This document shows positions 17,771 to 26,399 of a DNA stretch of 41,075 nucleotides, one piece after another. Source of the stretch: an uncultured Bifidobacterium sp. (GTDB taxonomy: Bacteria; Actinomycetota; Actinomycetes; S36-B12; UBA5976); the NCBI GenBank assembly GCA_964469855.1, contig CAYXYW010000001.1:1-41075 (forward strand). The letters run 5' to 3'. The translations under genes were made by a program, and so were the position numbers. The notes beneath the pieces were generated by a model, which was given only the letters and a program-made list of their open reading frames with translations, was not told the DNA's origin and made no database searches. Positions within the stretch are counted from its first letter, which is position 1. Each line of letters opens with the position of its first letter.

Positions 17771-18478
17771 ATGACAGTCTTAGTAGTGGATGACGATCGA
17801 GCAATTCGTGATGCGGTAATGCGTGCTATCAAATTTGATGGCATGGAGTGTGAAGCGGTTGCTACCGCCCGAGAAGCGTTACAGCACATCAACGGTGAAA
17901 AAGGGAAGCGTCCTGATCTGGTGATTTTAGACTTAGGACTGCCAGATTTTGATGGCCTAGATGTGGTGCGCCAGGTTCGTGCCAAAGGTGATGATCTGCC
18001 GATCTTGGTTTTAACAGCGCGAACTCAAATTTCCGATCGAGTTGCTGGGCTGGATGCTGGTGCCGATGATTACTTGCCAAAACCTTTTGCATTGCCAGAG
18101 TTGTTAGCACGGGTTAGGGCATTACTACGTCGAATTCAGATCGATGCCACGCCATCTGGTGTTGTGCCATCTGGTGAGGTTTATCAGATTGAAGATTTAA
18201 TTGTTGATTGCGGTGCTTATCGTGCCTCTAGAAATGGCAGACATTGCAATTTAACTCGTACTGAATTTTCATTGCTTGAGGTGCTCGCCAAGAACGCTGG
18301 CAAAGTAGTGCCACGAGATATGTTATTAGAGAAAGTTTGGGGCTGGGCAAGTCCAACTTTAAGTAATGGCCTTGATGTTTATATTGGTTATTTGCGCAAG
18401 AAACTAGAAGAAGGTGGCGAACCGCGCTTAGTGCAGACGGTTCGTGGCGTCGGTTACGTACTGCGCCTTGAGGAGTAG
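17771..18478 (+). CDS. OmpR/PhoB-family response regulator (MprA-like)
   Basis: The ORF is 235 aa. Receiver motifs are VVDDD, LVILDLGLPDFDG and DDYLPKPF. A C-terminal winged-helix domain is present (VRGVGYVL). Confidence 0.92.
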   Translation: MTVLVVDDDRAIRDAVMRAIKFDGMECEAVATAREALQHINGEKGKRPDLVILDLGLPDFDGLDVVRQVRAKGDDLPILVLTARTQISDRVAGLDAGADDYLPKPFALPELLARVRALLRRIQIDATPSGVVPSGEVYQIEDLIVDCGAYRASRNGRHCNLTRTEFSLLEVLAKNAGKVVPRDMLLEKVWGWASPTLSNGLDVYIGYLRKKLEEGGEPRLVQTVRGVGYVLRLEE

Positions 18479-18481
18479 GTT

Positions 18482-19858
18482 GTGTCGCTCCGAAGACGCC
18501 TGGCGTTAATCGCAGGTGCGGTAACTGCAGTAGCAGTTTTATTAGTTGCCATCTTAAGCGGCTTGCTCTCAGCACGAACTATGTATGAGCAGGTAGATGC
18601 TGAACTTCGTTCCGCGCTTAAGTTTGATGTTCAGAATGAACTTGCAACCGTGCTGGAGTTATCCTCTAGAACAGAATTAAGAGCTGATTCACTGGACATT
18701 TTGGTTGATGTCTATTTTGTGGAAGGTACGGTAGAGCCGCGCGGATCTGTTACCGCTCAAGTGCCACCTGGTGATGCGGTATTTAATCAATTATTAGGCA
18801 CAAGTAATGAACCAATATTTGAAACAGTTACCACGCCATCTGATATCTCATTACGTGTTGCCGTAATTCCCTTCACAGATGGCGCAGTAATTCGCGCAAT
18901 GCGTCCAATTAATGATTTACAAGTAAGCATAAATACTTTAACTGCAGGCATTGCAGCGTTAGCAGTGTTGGCATCGTTAATCACTGCACTTATTGCCAGT
19001 GTGGTGGTTGGTTCAGCACTAAAGCCAGTTCTTAAGTTAACTGCAGCCGCTGAGCAAATTGCACAAACTCAGAAACTAGATGATTCTGGCTTGGCAGAAG
19101 CTACGGAGGGTAGAAATGATGAGATTGCCCGATTGTCGGCATCGCTGCAATCGTTAGTGACCGCACTTGCCCGAAGTCGCGAACAGCAACAACGGCTAGT
19201 TGATGATGCAGCACATGAGTTGCGCACACCGCTCACTTCAATGCGAGCTAATTTGGATTTAATGGAGCTAGCGGAAGCAACTGGGCGCGGCATCACTGAA
19301 GAGCAGCGAACTGAGATGCTTGGATCAATGCATGAAGAGCTAGTTGAACTTAGTCAATTAGTCGAAGAGTTAGTAGCGCTGGCAAGTCCAGTTCCTACCT
19401 TGCATGAAGTGTCGCAAGAATCAACTGTCGAACTTTCTGAGCTTGCTGAAAATGTGGTGAAGCGATTCTCTCGTCGATCTGGACGTGAAATTGGGCTAGA
19501 TGCAACTAAAACCATGGTGCAGGGCAGAGCTGCGTTGATTGAACGTGCAATAGCCAATTTGATTGGTAATGCAATTAAGTTCTCACCTGACGGCAGCGTA
19601 ATTCAAGTTACAGTTCGAGATGGCATGGTCTTAGTGGATGATGCCGGACCTGGCATTCCCACGGAATACCGAACCCAAGTATTAGAACGGTTTTGGCGTG
19701 CACCTGAATCTCGTGGCTTACCAGGATCAGGATTGGGACTTTCAATTGTGAGCGACATGGCGCAGTCGCATTCCGGATCTGTGATTATTGATCAATCACC
19801 ATTAGGTGGTGCTCGGGTTGGCTTTTTATTACCAGAACAAAAAGCGAGTGACATCTAA
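18482..19858 (+). CDS. Sensor histidine kinase (two TM segments, HAMP, HisKA, HATPase_c)
   Basis: The ORF is 458 aa with a GTG start 3 nt after the regulator's stop. The H-box is AAHELRTPLTSM, the N-box NLIGNAIKFSP, and the G-boxes DDAGPGIP and GSGLGLSIV. Confidence 0.92.
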   Translation: MSLRRRLALIAGAVTAVAVLLVAILSGLLSARTMYEQVDAELRSALKFDVQNELATVLELSSRTELRADSLDILVDVYFVEGTVEPRGSVTAQVPPGDAVFNQLLGTSNEPIFETVTTPSDISLRVAVIPFTDGAVIRAMRPINDLQVSINTLTAGIAALAVLASLITALIASVVVGSALKPVLKLTAAAEQIAQTQKLDDSGLAEATEGRNDEIARLSASLQSLVTALARSREQQQRLVDDAAHELRTPLTSMRANLDLMELAEATGRGITEEQRTEMLGSMHEELVELSQLVEELVALASPVPTLHEVSQESTVELSELAENVVKRFSRRSGREIGLDATKTMVQGRAALIERAIANLIGNAIKFSPDGSVIQVTVRDGMVLVDDAGPGIPTEYRTQVLERFWRAPESRGLPGSGLGLSIVSDMAQSHSGSVIIDQSPLGGARVGFLLPEQKASDI

Positions 19859-19872
19859 TTGACGTCACTCGC
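19844..19872 (+). terminator. Stem-loop overlapping the kinase stop codon
   Basis: GCGAGTGAC (19844-19852) pairs with GTCACTCGC (19864-19872), a 9 bp perfect stem with an 11 nt loop. No U-tract follows. Confidence 0.45.
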
Positions 19873-20092
19873 CTGTGAGGGTTCGATCAAATTCCTTAGG
19901 GCGATGAAATTTGATCGTCCGATCCATTCAGCGATTTAGCATCGCGAAGGATGGCTAAGCACCGTGATTGCGTTAGATAGGTAATAGAAATTACTCTCAT
20001 AAGTTCACCCCCCACGGTGATTCAGGTTCAGAATACGGGGGCGAGCAGTGAAACTAAAGCCAAATCGGTGTCTACTAAATCACAGCCTTTGC

Positions 20093-21376
20093 TTAACGCT
20101 TGGTGATTGATGTGTAGTCCCGCTCGGTTTCACCGATATATATCTGCCGTGGTCGGCCAATTCGGGTGGTTGGATCCTCAATCATTTCGCGCCATTGAGC
20201 AATCCAGCCAGGTAGTCGGCCTAGCGCGAATAGCACGGTGAACATCTTGGTTGGAAAGCCCATTGCCTTGTAAATCACACCGGTGTAGAAGTCCACATTT
20301 GGATATAGCTTGCGCTCCACAAAATAATCATCCTTAAGCGCTGCTTCCTCCAACTTAAGTGCAATATCAAGTAGTGGATCACTCACACCAAGTTCTTTTA
20401 GCACCTGATCTGCAGCATTCTTAATAATTTTCGCTCTTGGATCGTAATTCTTGTAAACCCGGTGACCAAAGCCCATTAATCGTGCGGATGAGTCTTTGGA
20501 CTTTACCTTTTCAATAAATTTCTCTACTGATTCACCAGATTGCTGAATCTCTTCTAGCATCTCCAACACTGCTTGATTTGCGCCACCATGAAGGGGTCCA
20601 AACAACGCAGAGATGCCGCCAGCAACGGAGGCAAACAAGTTTGCATGAGATGAACCAATCATTCGCACTGTTGAGGTGGAGCAGTTCTGCTCATGATCAG
20701 CATGCAAGATAAACAGCAGATCAAGTGCTTTAGCAACAACTGGATTAACTTCATATTTTTCAGCTGGAACAGAGAATGTCATCTGCAAGAAGTTAGAGAC
20801 GTAATCCAAAGTGTTATCTGGATAGGGGAATGGCTGACCTAGTGATTTACGCAGTGAATATGCTGCAATGGTCGGCAATTTTGCAAGCAATCGAATAGTA
20901 GAGATCTCAACTTGTTGCTGATCAAATGGATCTAGTGAATCTTGATAGAAAGTCGATAGGGCATTTACCGCACTTGCCAACACCGGCATTGGGTGAGCAT
21001 CTCGTGGGAAGCCGGAGAAGAATCCTTTCAACTCTTCATGCAACATAGTGTGCATTCGAATATTCTCAGTAAATGATTCAAGTTGCGCAGCAGTTGGTAG
21101 TTCGCCGTAAACCAGTAGATACGAAACTTCTAGGAATGATGACTTTTCAGCTAGTTGATCAATCGGATACCCTCGATAGCGAAGAATTCCGGCATCGCCA
21201 TCTAGGTAAGTGATAGCAGATTTGGTAGTTGCAGTATTACCAAAGCCATTGTCATAAGTAATGTGATTGGTAGAGGTCAATAATTTAGAGATATCAAGAG
21301 CGGCGGGACCTTCAGTTGCTGAGATAACAGGTAAGTCGAGTGAATTTTCCGGGGTATTAATCTGACCCTGAGACAT
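20093..21376 (-). CDS. gltA: Citrate synthase (type II)
   Basis: The start is the ATG at 21376-21374 (MSQGQINTPENS...), preceded by GGAGGAA, giving 427 aa. Signature motifs are GFGHRVYKNYDPR, LHADHEQN and GPLHGGAN. Confidence 0.95.
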   Translation of the reverse strand: MSQGQINTPENSLDLPVISATEGPAALDISKLLTSTNHITYDNGFGNTATTKSAITYLDGDAGILRYRGYPIDQLAEKSSFLEVSYLLVYGELPTAAQLESFTENIRMHTMLHEELKGFFSGFPRDAHPMPVLASAVNALSTFYQDSLDPFDQQQVEISTIRLLAKLPTIAAYSLRKSLGQPFPYPDNTLDYVSNFLQMTFSVPAEKYEVNPVVAKALDLLFILHADHEQNCSTSTVRMIGSSHANLFASVAGGISALFGPLHGGANQAVLEMLEEIQQSGESVEKFIEKVKSKDSSARLMGFGHRVYKNYDPRAKIIKNAADQVLKELGVSDPLLDIALKLEEAALKDDYFVERKLYPNVDFYTGVIYKAMGFPTKMFTVLFALGRLPGWIAQWREMIEDPTTRIGRPRQIYIGETERDYTSITKR

Positions 21377-21460
21377 TTGATGTTCCTCCACTGGTAAGCA
21401 GCGCCGCCGCACTGGGAATTCTTATCTGGGGCTAATCGTAGAGATAGCGGCCAGTTAAGG

Positions 21461-21498
21461 CACGAGGGCCACACCCCAATTGGGATGCAGCCCTCGTG
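21461..21498 (-). terminator. Stem-loop downstream of the 5'-nucleotidase gene
   Basis: CACGAGGGC (21461-21469) pairs with GCCCTCGTG (21490-21498), a 9 bp stem. The loop contains the palindrome CCCAATTGGG. It lies 12 nt past the stop of the minus-strand gene. Confidence 0.5.
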
Positions 21499-21509
21499 GT
21501 ATCGCTTGC

Positions 21510-23474
21510 TTACTTAATTACGGTAATTCGACCATCTGGTGCTGGCATTTGAGTAACTCTGCCAGCAGCTAGATCTGCTCGAAGTCCCTCAGCAAATACG
21601 TCAACCAACAAGTCACGAATTTGCTGTTTAGTTGGATCAAATTGGGTGTAGCCGTCACCGCCATAAACTAAGAAGTCAATAGTGGCAACTGAATAAACCG
21701 TGGCATCCTTTCCAATCGGATTGCCGTTGGTCCGAACTACATTTGAGATACGACTGCCAGCAGGCTTAGTGGTATCAACGGTGAATTTGAGACCAGCAAC
21801 ATGTGGGAACCTACCGTCAGTTGGCCAACGAGAAACGCCATTTTCTAATGCTGCCCATAGGTTTGCACCGGTTATGTTCACAATTGAAATGGAATTTCCA
21901 AATGGGAACACGGTGTAAGCATCACCAAGAGTTACATCGTATGGTCCGCTAGTTCCGGCACCTGGTCGCTTCAAGGTTTTGTCAGCTGGGGTGTAGGTAT
22001 TTGCTGGCAAAGTATCGCGAATACCGCCACCATTCATTAAGGCAAAGTCTGTTTTGTACTTTGCCAACAACAAATCAGCGGTATAGCTGCCAAGCGGTGT
22101 TTCGCCGGAACGCTCAACTGGTGGAGTGCCGCCGCGTGGGAATCGATCTGAAACAGTTCCGATCTTGACATCTAATTTTGCATTTAGTTGATCTTTGTAT
22201 TTCTTAACTAAATCTGCAACTGATGCATCGGTAAGTGTTGCTGGAACAGCTGCTTTCTTGACATGCTCAACAGATGCGCCAAGAACTTTGTTCGCTTCAG
22301 TATCAACGCAAACTTGAGTTCGGGTGTACTCCTGACCTGAGTTACGAGTCTGCGCAGTCAATCGATTTTTTACAACTGAGGCAAATGTTTGATGGCTGTG
22401 ACCACCGTAGACCACATCAACGCCAGTTAGTTGACCGGCATAATCAATTAGTTCGCCATTGGCTTTACCGTTTAGGTTTTGATTCCAACCCCAGTGAACC
22501 AGCGCGATCACCATGTCTGCGCCAGCAGCACGTGCTTTCTTAGCAGCAGAAACGACGCCGTTAACTTTGTTGGAAATAACAAGATCTTTTTTCTTGCCAG
22601 CAGCGGTGAAGCTCAAGTTTCCTGGGAAAACTTGATCAACTGTTTGTGAGGTGTTCATGCCCACCACGCCAATGTTGACGCCGTTTCGCTTGATGATCAC
22701 AAACGGCTTTGCCGCCTTCTTGCCACTCTTAAGTGGGCTTAGTGTGTTGTAGTTGCTTGCTACCCACTGGAAATTTGAGGCACCGATCATTTTTTGCAGA
22801 TGTGCAATATCGCGATCGTGTTCGTGATTTCCAAATACAGAAACATCAAACTTAATGGCATTCATTGCTTCAATAGTTGGAAGTTCTTCAAATTGCGATG
22901 AAATAGCTGGGGCAGCACCAATGTTGTCACCTGAAGAGAGGGTTACGGTTGGCTTAACCAATATTCGATCATTGGCCATTGCAGCTGCTAAACCAGCAGC
23001 GCCAATTGCAGAGCTGGACGCCTCAATTGCACCATGTAGGTCGCTTAGTTGCAGCACCTGCACACTCTTAATTGAGGCTGGGGCGAACTTCTTTACGTTG
23101 ATTGCAACACCATCGCTAGCCGCGGCTGACATGCCGTAGGCATTCACAGCGATTACCTCTGGCGCTAAATCATTTGTGCCTTTTAATACTGGCATGGTTG
23201 CTGAAGTTTTTCCAGCACCCACCATTACTGGACAGCTTCCTGGACCAGCTGTGACGATGTAGTTTGTCACTGGTGGATTGGCGGTAACTTTTTCCCAGCT
23301 AACTTTGATTCCACCATTGGTAGCGGCAGAACTAACAAAGACTGGAGCAGTCGGAGCTGAAAAAGTTTCAGCTGAATTTGCTGCAAGTGTGTTTACTACT
23401 AGGGAAGTAGCAGCCAGCGAAAGAGATGCCAATACTGAAATGAGCATGGCAAAACGGGATCTTTTGAATTCCAT
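21510..23474 (-). CDS. Secreted bifunctional metallophosphoesterase / 5'-nucleotidase with an N-terminal FN3-like domain
   Basis: The ORF is 654 aa with a signal peptide. An FN3-like segment (APVFVSSAATNGGIKVSWEKVTANPPVTNYIV) follows. Calcineurin-like motifs are DLHG, GDNIGA and GNHEHD. The C-terminal part is a 5'-nucleotidase substrate-binding domain. Confidence 0.85.
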   Translation of the reverse strand: MEFKRSRFAMLISVLASLSLAATSLVVNTLAANSAETFSAPTAPVFVSSAATNGGIKVSWEKVTANPPVTNYIVTAGPGSCPVMVGAGKTSATMPVLKGTNDLAPEVIAVNAYGMSAAASDGVAINVKKFAPASIKSVQVLQLSDLHGAIEASSSAIGAAGLAAAMANDRILVKPTVTLSSGDNIGAAPAISSQFEELPTIEAMNAIKFDVSVFGNHEHDRDIAHLQKMIGASNFQWVASNYNTLSPLKSGKKAAKPFVIIKRNGVNIGVVGMNTSQTVDQVFPGNLSFTAAGKKKDLVISNKVNGVVSAAKKARAAGADMVIALVHWGWNQNLNGKANGELIDYAGQLTGVDVVYGGHSHQTFASVVKNRLTAQTRNSGQEYTRTQVCVDTEANKVLGASVEHVKKAAVPATLTDASVADLVKKYKDQLNAKLDVKIGTVSDRFPRGGTPPVERSGETPLGSYTADLLLAKYKTDFALMNGGGIRDTLPANTYTPADKTLKRPGAGTSGPYDVTLGDAYTVFPFGNSISIVNITGANLWAALENGVSRWPTDGRFPHVAGLKFTVDTTKPAGSRISNVVRTNGNPIGKDATVYSVATIDFLVYGGDGYTQFDPTKQQIRDLLVDVFAEGLRADLAAGRVTQMPAPDGRITVIK

Positions 23475-23551
23475 GTCGGGATTTTCTCAGTTTGGCTTGG
23501 CCCGTGTCCAAAGATGCGTAAATTGCAGTTAAACAACGGTGAAACGTTAAG

Positions 23552-23626
23552 TGGTGCCCCCAGCAGGATTCGAACCTGCGCGCACGGTTTAGGAAACCGA
23601 TGCTCTATCCCCTGAGCTATGGGGGC
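23552..23626 (-). tRNA. tRNA-Arg (anticodon CCT), 3' CCA encoded
   Basis: The reverse complement reads GCCCCCA TA GCTC AGGGGATA GAGC A TCGGT TTCCTAA ACCGT GCGC GCAGG TTCGAAT CCTGC TGGGGGC A CCA. It forms a full cloverleaf with a T-loop TTCGAAT. There is one U:U mismatch at the top of the anticodon stem. Total length is 75 nt. Confidence 0.93.
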
Positions 23627-23729
23627 GAACGGGTTCGCCGCCGCCGTATCCTATTGGGCAGCCAAAGGATGCAATATTCCCAATAAATCCATTACCGCCC
23701 GATACAGTTGTGCCAAAAGGATTGGTGCC

Positions 23730-24497
23730 GTGTTCTATTCTGCAGCGAAAAACGTGTTGTTTCTGAAACCACGAAAAGTGGCAGGAACTAGTTTTGAAAT
23801 CGCGCTATCGGTTACTGCCAGCGCACAAGACATAATCACGCCAATTTCGCTTGATGATGAATTAATTCGAATTGATCAAAAGGGTCAATTACCAGTTAAT
23901 TGGTCAAGACAGCCAGAACTTGAGGCTTCTTATGTTTCGTTAGTGCAACAGATACATCGAATGCGTCGCGCTGGAGTTGTGTCAGAAGAGTTAAAGCACA
24001 AACGACAACAATTGAAAGATTTGCTCCACATTAAAGGACATCGGTTGTATTACAACCACATCGTTCCAGATGAGATAAAACAAAACTTTACTGAAGAAAA
24101 ATTTGATAATGCAATAAAAGTAACCATTACTAGACATCCATATGAACAGCTAATCTCTCAGGCATATTGGTTACACCAAGGAAAGCAACGAAGAGCTTTA
24201 CCGATCTCACAAATAATTGATGAGTTACTTGTTGAACCTGCTCCTAATACACCGTATTATTTTGCAAACGATAAGAAGCTCTGTGATATCTACATCAAAA
24301 TGGAATCGTTTCAAGCAGATGTTATTAATTTAGAAAACCAATTGGGACTTAAAATCTGGCAATACATGCCAATGACTAAAAAAAGTTCCACCGGATCTAG
24401 ACCAAAAGCAACAGATATTCTGACTCACGAGCAGAAACTTCAAGTGCAGCAAAGATCGAAGTTAGAATTTGAGCACTTCGATTACGATCCGAATTAG
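23730..24497 (+). CDS. Sulfotransferase (family-2 / carbohydrate-sulfotransferase-like); the start is uncertain
   Basis: The 5'-PSB-like motif is FLKPRKVAGTSFE and the 3'-PB-like motif is TITRHPYEQLISQAYW. I start it at the GTG at 23730, 8 nt after AAGGA; GTG 23754 and TTG 23757 are also possible. The track start at 23619 overlaps the tRNA and is rejected. GC is noticeably low. Confidence 0.6.
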   Translation: MFYSAAKNVLFLKPRKVAGTSFEIALSVTASAQDIITPISLDDELIRIDQKGQLPVNWSRQPELEASYVSLVQQIHRMRRAGVVSEELKHKRQQLKDLLHIKGHRLYYNHIVPDEIKQNFTEEKFDNAIKVTITRHPYEQLISQAYWLHQGKQRRALPISQIIDELLVEPAPNTPYYFANDKKLCDIYIKMESFQADVINLENQLGLKIWQYMPMTKKSSTGSRPKATDILTHEQKLQVQQRSKLEFEHFDYDPN

Positions 24498-25270
24498 TTT
24501 TCTTGCTCTGGGCTATCTATTAGTAGTTCAGTTAGATCTTCCAAGCCGCTGGTGTATTGACCCAATGTGGTGCGAGCTGTATCGATCTGGTCTCTAATTG
24601 ATAAGTAGCCAATTTCTAGTGATTTGGCAACTGCAGCTGCTTCTCTTCGAATTTTCTCAATCTTTGTTCGTTCTCGAGCCAGTTCAGCAGAGATTTTTCC
24701 GCGAACATCATCCAATTTTTTCTGAGCTTGCGCGTTGGCATCAGCAATAATTTGCTCGGCTTCTTTAGCAACGGCATAACGCTTTTGCTCTAATTCTTTT
24801 CGGAGCGATTCCATCTCCGAGGCAACTTTTCGATCTGTTTCTGCCTTTATCCGAACTGATTGCTGCTCAAGTTGGTCGCGCTTAGTCTCGGCATCTGCGA
24901 CCATTTTAGTTGCCAGCGCTTGCGCTTCTTGAACTTTTGCCTCAGCATCTTTTCGCATTCGCTCGGTCTCTTTGCGAGATTCAGTCAATCGCTTTTCTAT
25001 TTCAGTTAATGCTTTTTGTTCGGCATCTTTTGTAGCTTTCACAATTGCAAGGGTGTGCTCACCAGCAAGTGCCACGATCTCTACTTCACTTAGTGAATAT
25101 AGATCGCGTCGTTTTTTTAAGTCATTAATCTCAGCGCGTAGTGCACTTATCTGTTCGGCAGCGGCAGCATCTAAGTCTTCGTTATGTGTGATGTCTTTTG
25201 GTGTATGCGACAGCCCCAAGCTGTCGGTCATGTAATTCACTAACCGCAGTCGGCCACGATTATTTGCCAT
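24494..25270 (-). CDS. Coiled-coil protein of unknown function (Ala/Glu/Lys-rich heptads)
   Basis: The ORF is 258 aa. The ATG at 25270 is preceded by GGAG. There is a long predicted coiled coil (..EAEQIIADANAQAQKKLDDVRGKISAELARERTKIEKIRREAAA..) and no TM segment or signal peptide. Confidence 0.6.
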   Translation of the reverse strand: MANNRGRLRLVNYMTDSLGLSHTPKDITHNEDLDAAAAEQISALRAEINDLKKRRDLYSLSEVEIVALAGEHTLAIVKATKDAEQKALTEIEKRLTESRKETERMRKDAEAKVQEAQALATKMVADAETKRDQLEQQSVRIKAETDRKVASEMESLRKELEQKRYAVAKEAEQIIADANAQAQKKLDDVRGKISAELARERTKIEKIRREAAAVAKSLEIGYLSIRDQIDTARTTLGQYTSGLEDLTELLIDSPEQEN

Positions 25271-25335
25271 ATCGACTCCACATCACTAACTGGAAGCGAA
25301 AGAATACCCACCCACATCCCAAAGCCAAAATCTGG

Positions 25336-26397
25336 CTAGGGGCGAAGCGAGGACAGCATCGTTTGTAGTTCAGTGGCAATCACAGCGGATGCCTCCCGGG
25401 TCCAGTGCACACCATCTGGCTGCCGCAACAGAATTCTTTGATTGTTGATGGTGGCACGCAGGCTTGGTTTGAGATCAGAGAACAGGTCCAGATATTTAAG
25501 CTCCGGAATCTGCAGCGAAGAATCAAGCAGACTTTGGTTGATTTGCTGATAACTTAAATTTCGACTCTTGTTGGAAACCACCGGCGGACCAGCCCAAACC
25601 ACATTTTTCACCTTATTGGCTGAGAATTCAGTTGTCACTAGCTGAACGCGTCTGGAATATTCATTTAGCCACTGTTCACTGCCGCGTGGGACGAGTTCAC
25701 CACCATTAACCATATTGACCGTGTCACTACCGCCAAGAATCATGATTACTAAATCTGGTTGGTATTTTGCAGTTAAGTCTCGCGCGTACTGGCCCCAGTC
25801 CAGCACATTTGGTTTAGTTAAACCTGAGCCATTCGCCCATTCAATGCGAACTACAAATCTGTCATCGCCAGCCATGAGCTTAACTAATTCTTGTCCGGCA
25901 AAAGTTGAAAGTGAATCACCAGTTACTAAGACGCGAATGGTTTTACCAACTTGTTCTGGGGTGAACTCAGCGGGATCCAAAATTGGTATCATCGATGTAA
26001 CGATGCCATCACCAGGGCGTGATGTGGGCTTAATCTTTTCTGACTCAACCGGAATAATCTCTGTTGGTGAAACATCTTGTGCAGCGATAGTTTCATCAAC
26101 TAATGAAATACCTTCTCGATCTCGATTTCTTACTCGATCAATTACACTTTCAATTGAACCTACGCCTGCACTTTCAGACAATCGCTTTATGAAGTCAGAA
26201 ACTGGAAGTGAGAGCGACCTAATTGGTCCAGGTTCGATGGCAAGCGCTGAGGTGTAAATGGCAGAAGCATTTACAAACCAGCTAGCCATTCCTACCAGCC
26301 ACACTGTGAATATCACACTTGCGGCATTACGAGATGCGCCTCGATATTGAACAATTAATCGATGGCCGACAGTTTCGCGTTTTGGTGTTGGGTTCAT
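25336..26397 (-). CDS. Membrane-anchored SGNH/GDSL-family hydrolase/acyltransferase (PatB/AlgJ/DltD-like partner of the MBOAT)
   Basis: The ORF is 353 aa with an N-terminal TM anchor (AASVIFTVWLVGMASWFV). Block I is VTGDSLS and block V is PDGVHWT (DxxH). The start lies 2 nt after the MBOAT stop. Confidence 0.75.
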   Translation of the reverse strand: MNPTPKRETVGHRLIVQYRGASRNAASVIFTVWLVGMASWFVNASAIYTSALAIEPGPIRSLSLPVSDFIKRLSESAGVGSIESVIDRVRNRDREGISLVDETIAAQDVSPTEIIPVESEKIKPTSRPGDGIVTSMIPILDPAEFTPEQVGKTIRVLVTGDSLSTFAGQELVKLMAGDDRFVVRIEWANGSGLTKPNVLDWGQYARDLTAKYQPDLVIMILGGSDTVNMVNGGELVPRGSEQWLNEYSRRVQLVTTEFSANKVKNVVWAGPPVVSNKSRNLSYQQINQSLLDSSLQIPELKYLDLFSDLKPSLRATINNQRILLRQPDGVHWTREASAVIATELQTMLSSLRP

Positions 26398-26399
26398 AA

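Noticed and set aside
20005-20041. Identification of the C-rich-loop hairpin as a 6C RNA.
   Set aside because: 6C RNAs have two hairpins with C-rich loops and a characteristic genomic context. Only one such loop is present here, and it is also compatible with a gltA terminator. It is reported only as part of the structured-gap finding.
23552-23626. tRNA-Arg as the attachment site of an integrated mobile island.
   Set aside because: I found no integrase, recombinase or excisionase ORF, and no visible direct repeat of the tRNA 3' end. The low-GC accessory genes also lie on the 5' side of the tRNA, not the 3' side normally targeted. I keep it only as 'adjacent to a tRNA'.
23619-23729. The track start of the sulfotransferase ORF, which overlaps the 5' end of tRNA-Arg.
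   Set aside because: A CDS overlapping a tRNA gene is unlikely. The PAPS-binding motif starts about 45 codons in, and a GTG with AAGGA upstream is available at 23730.
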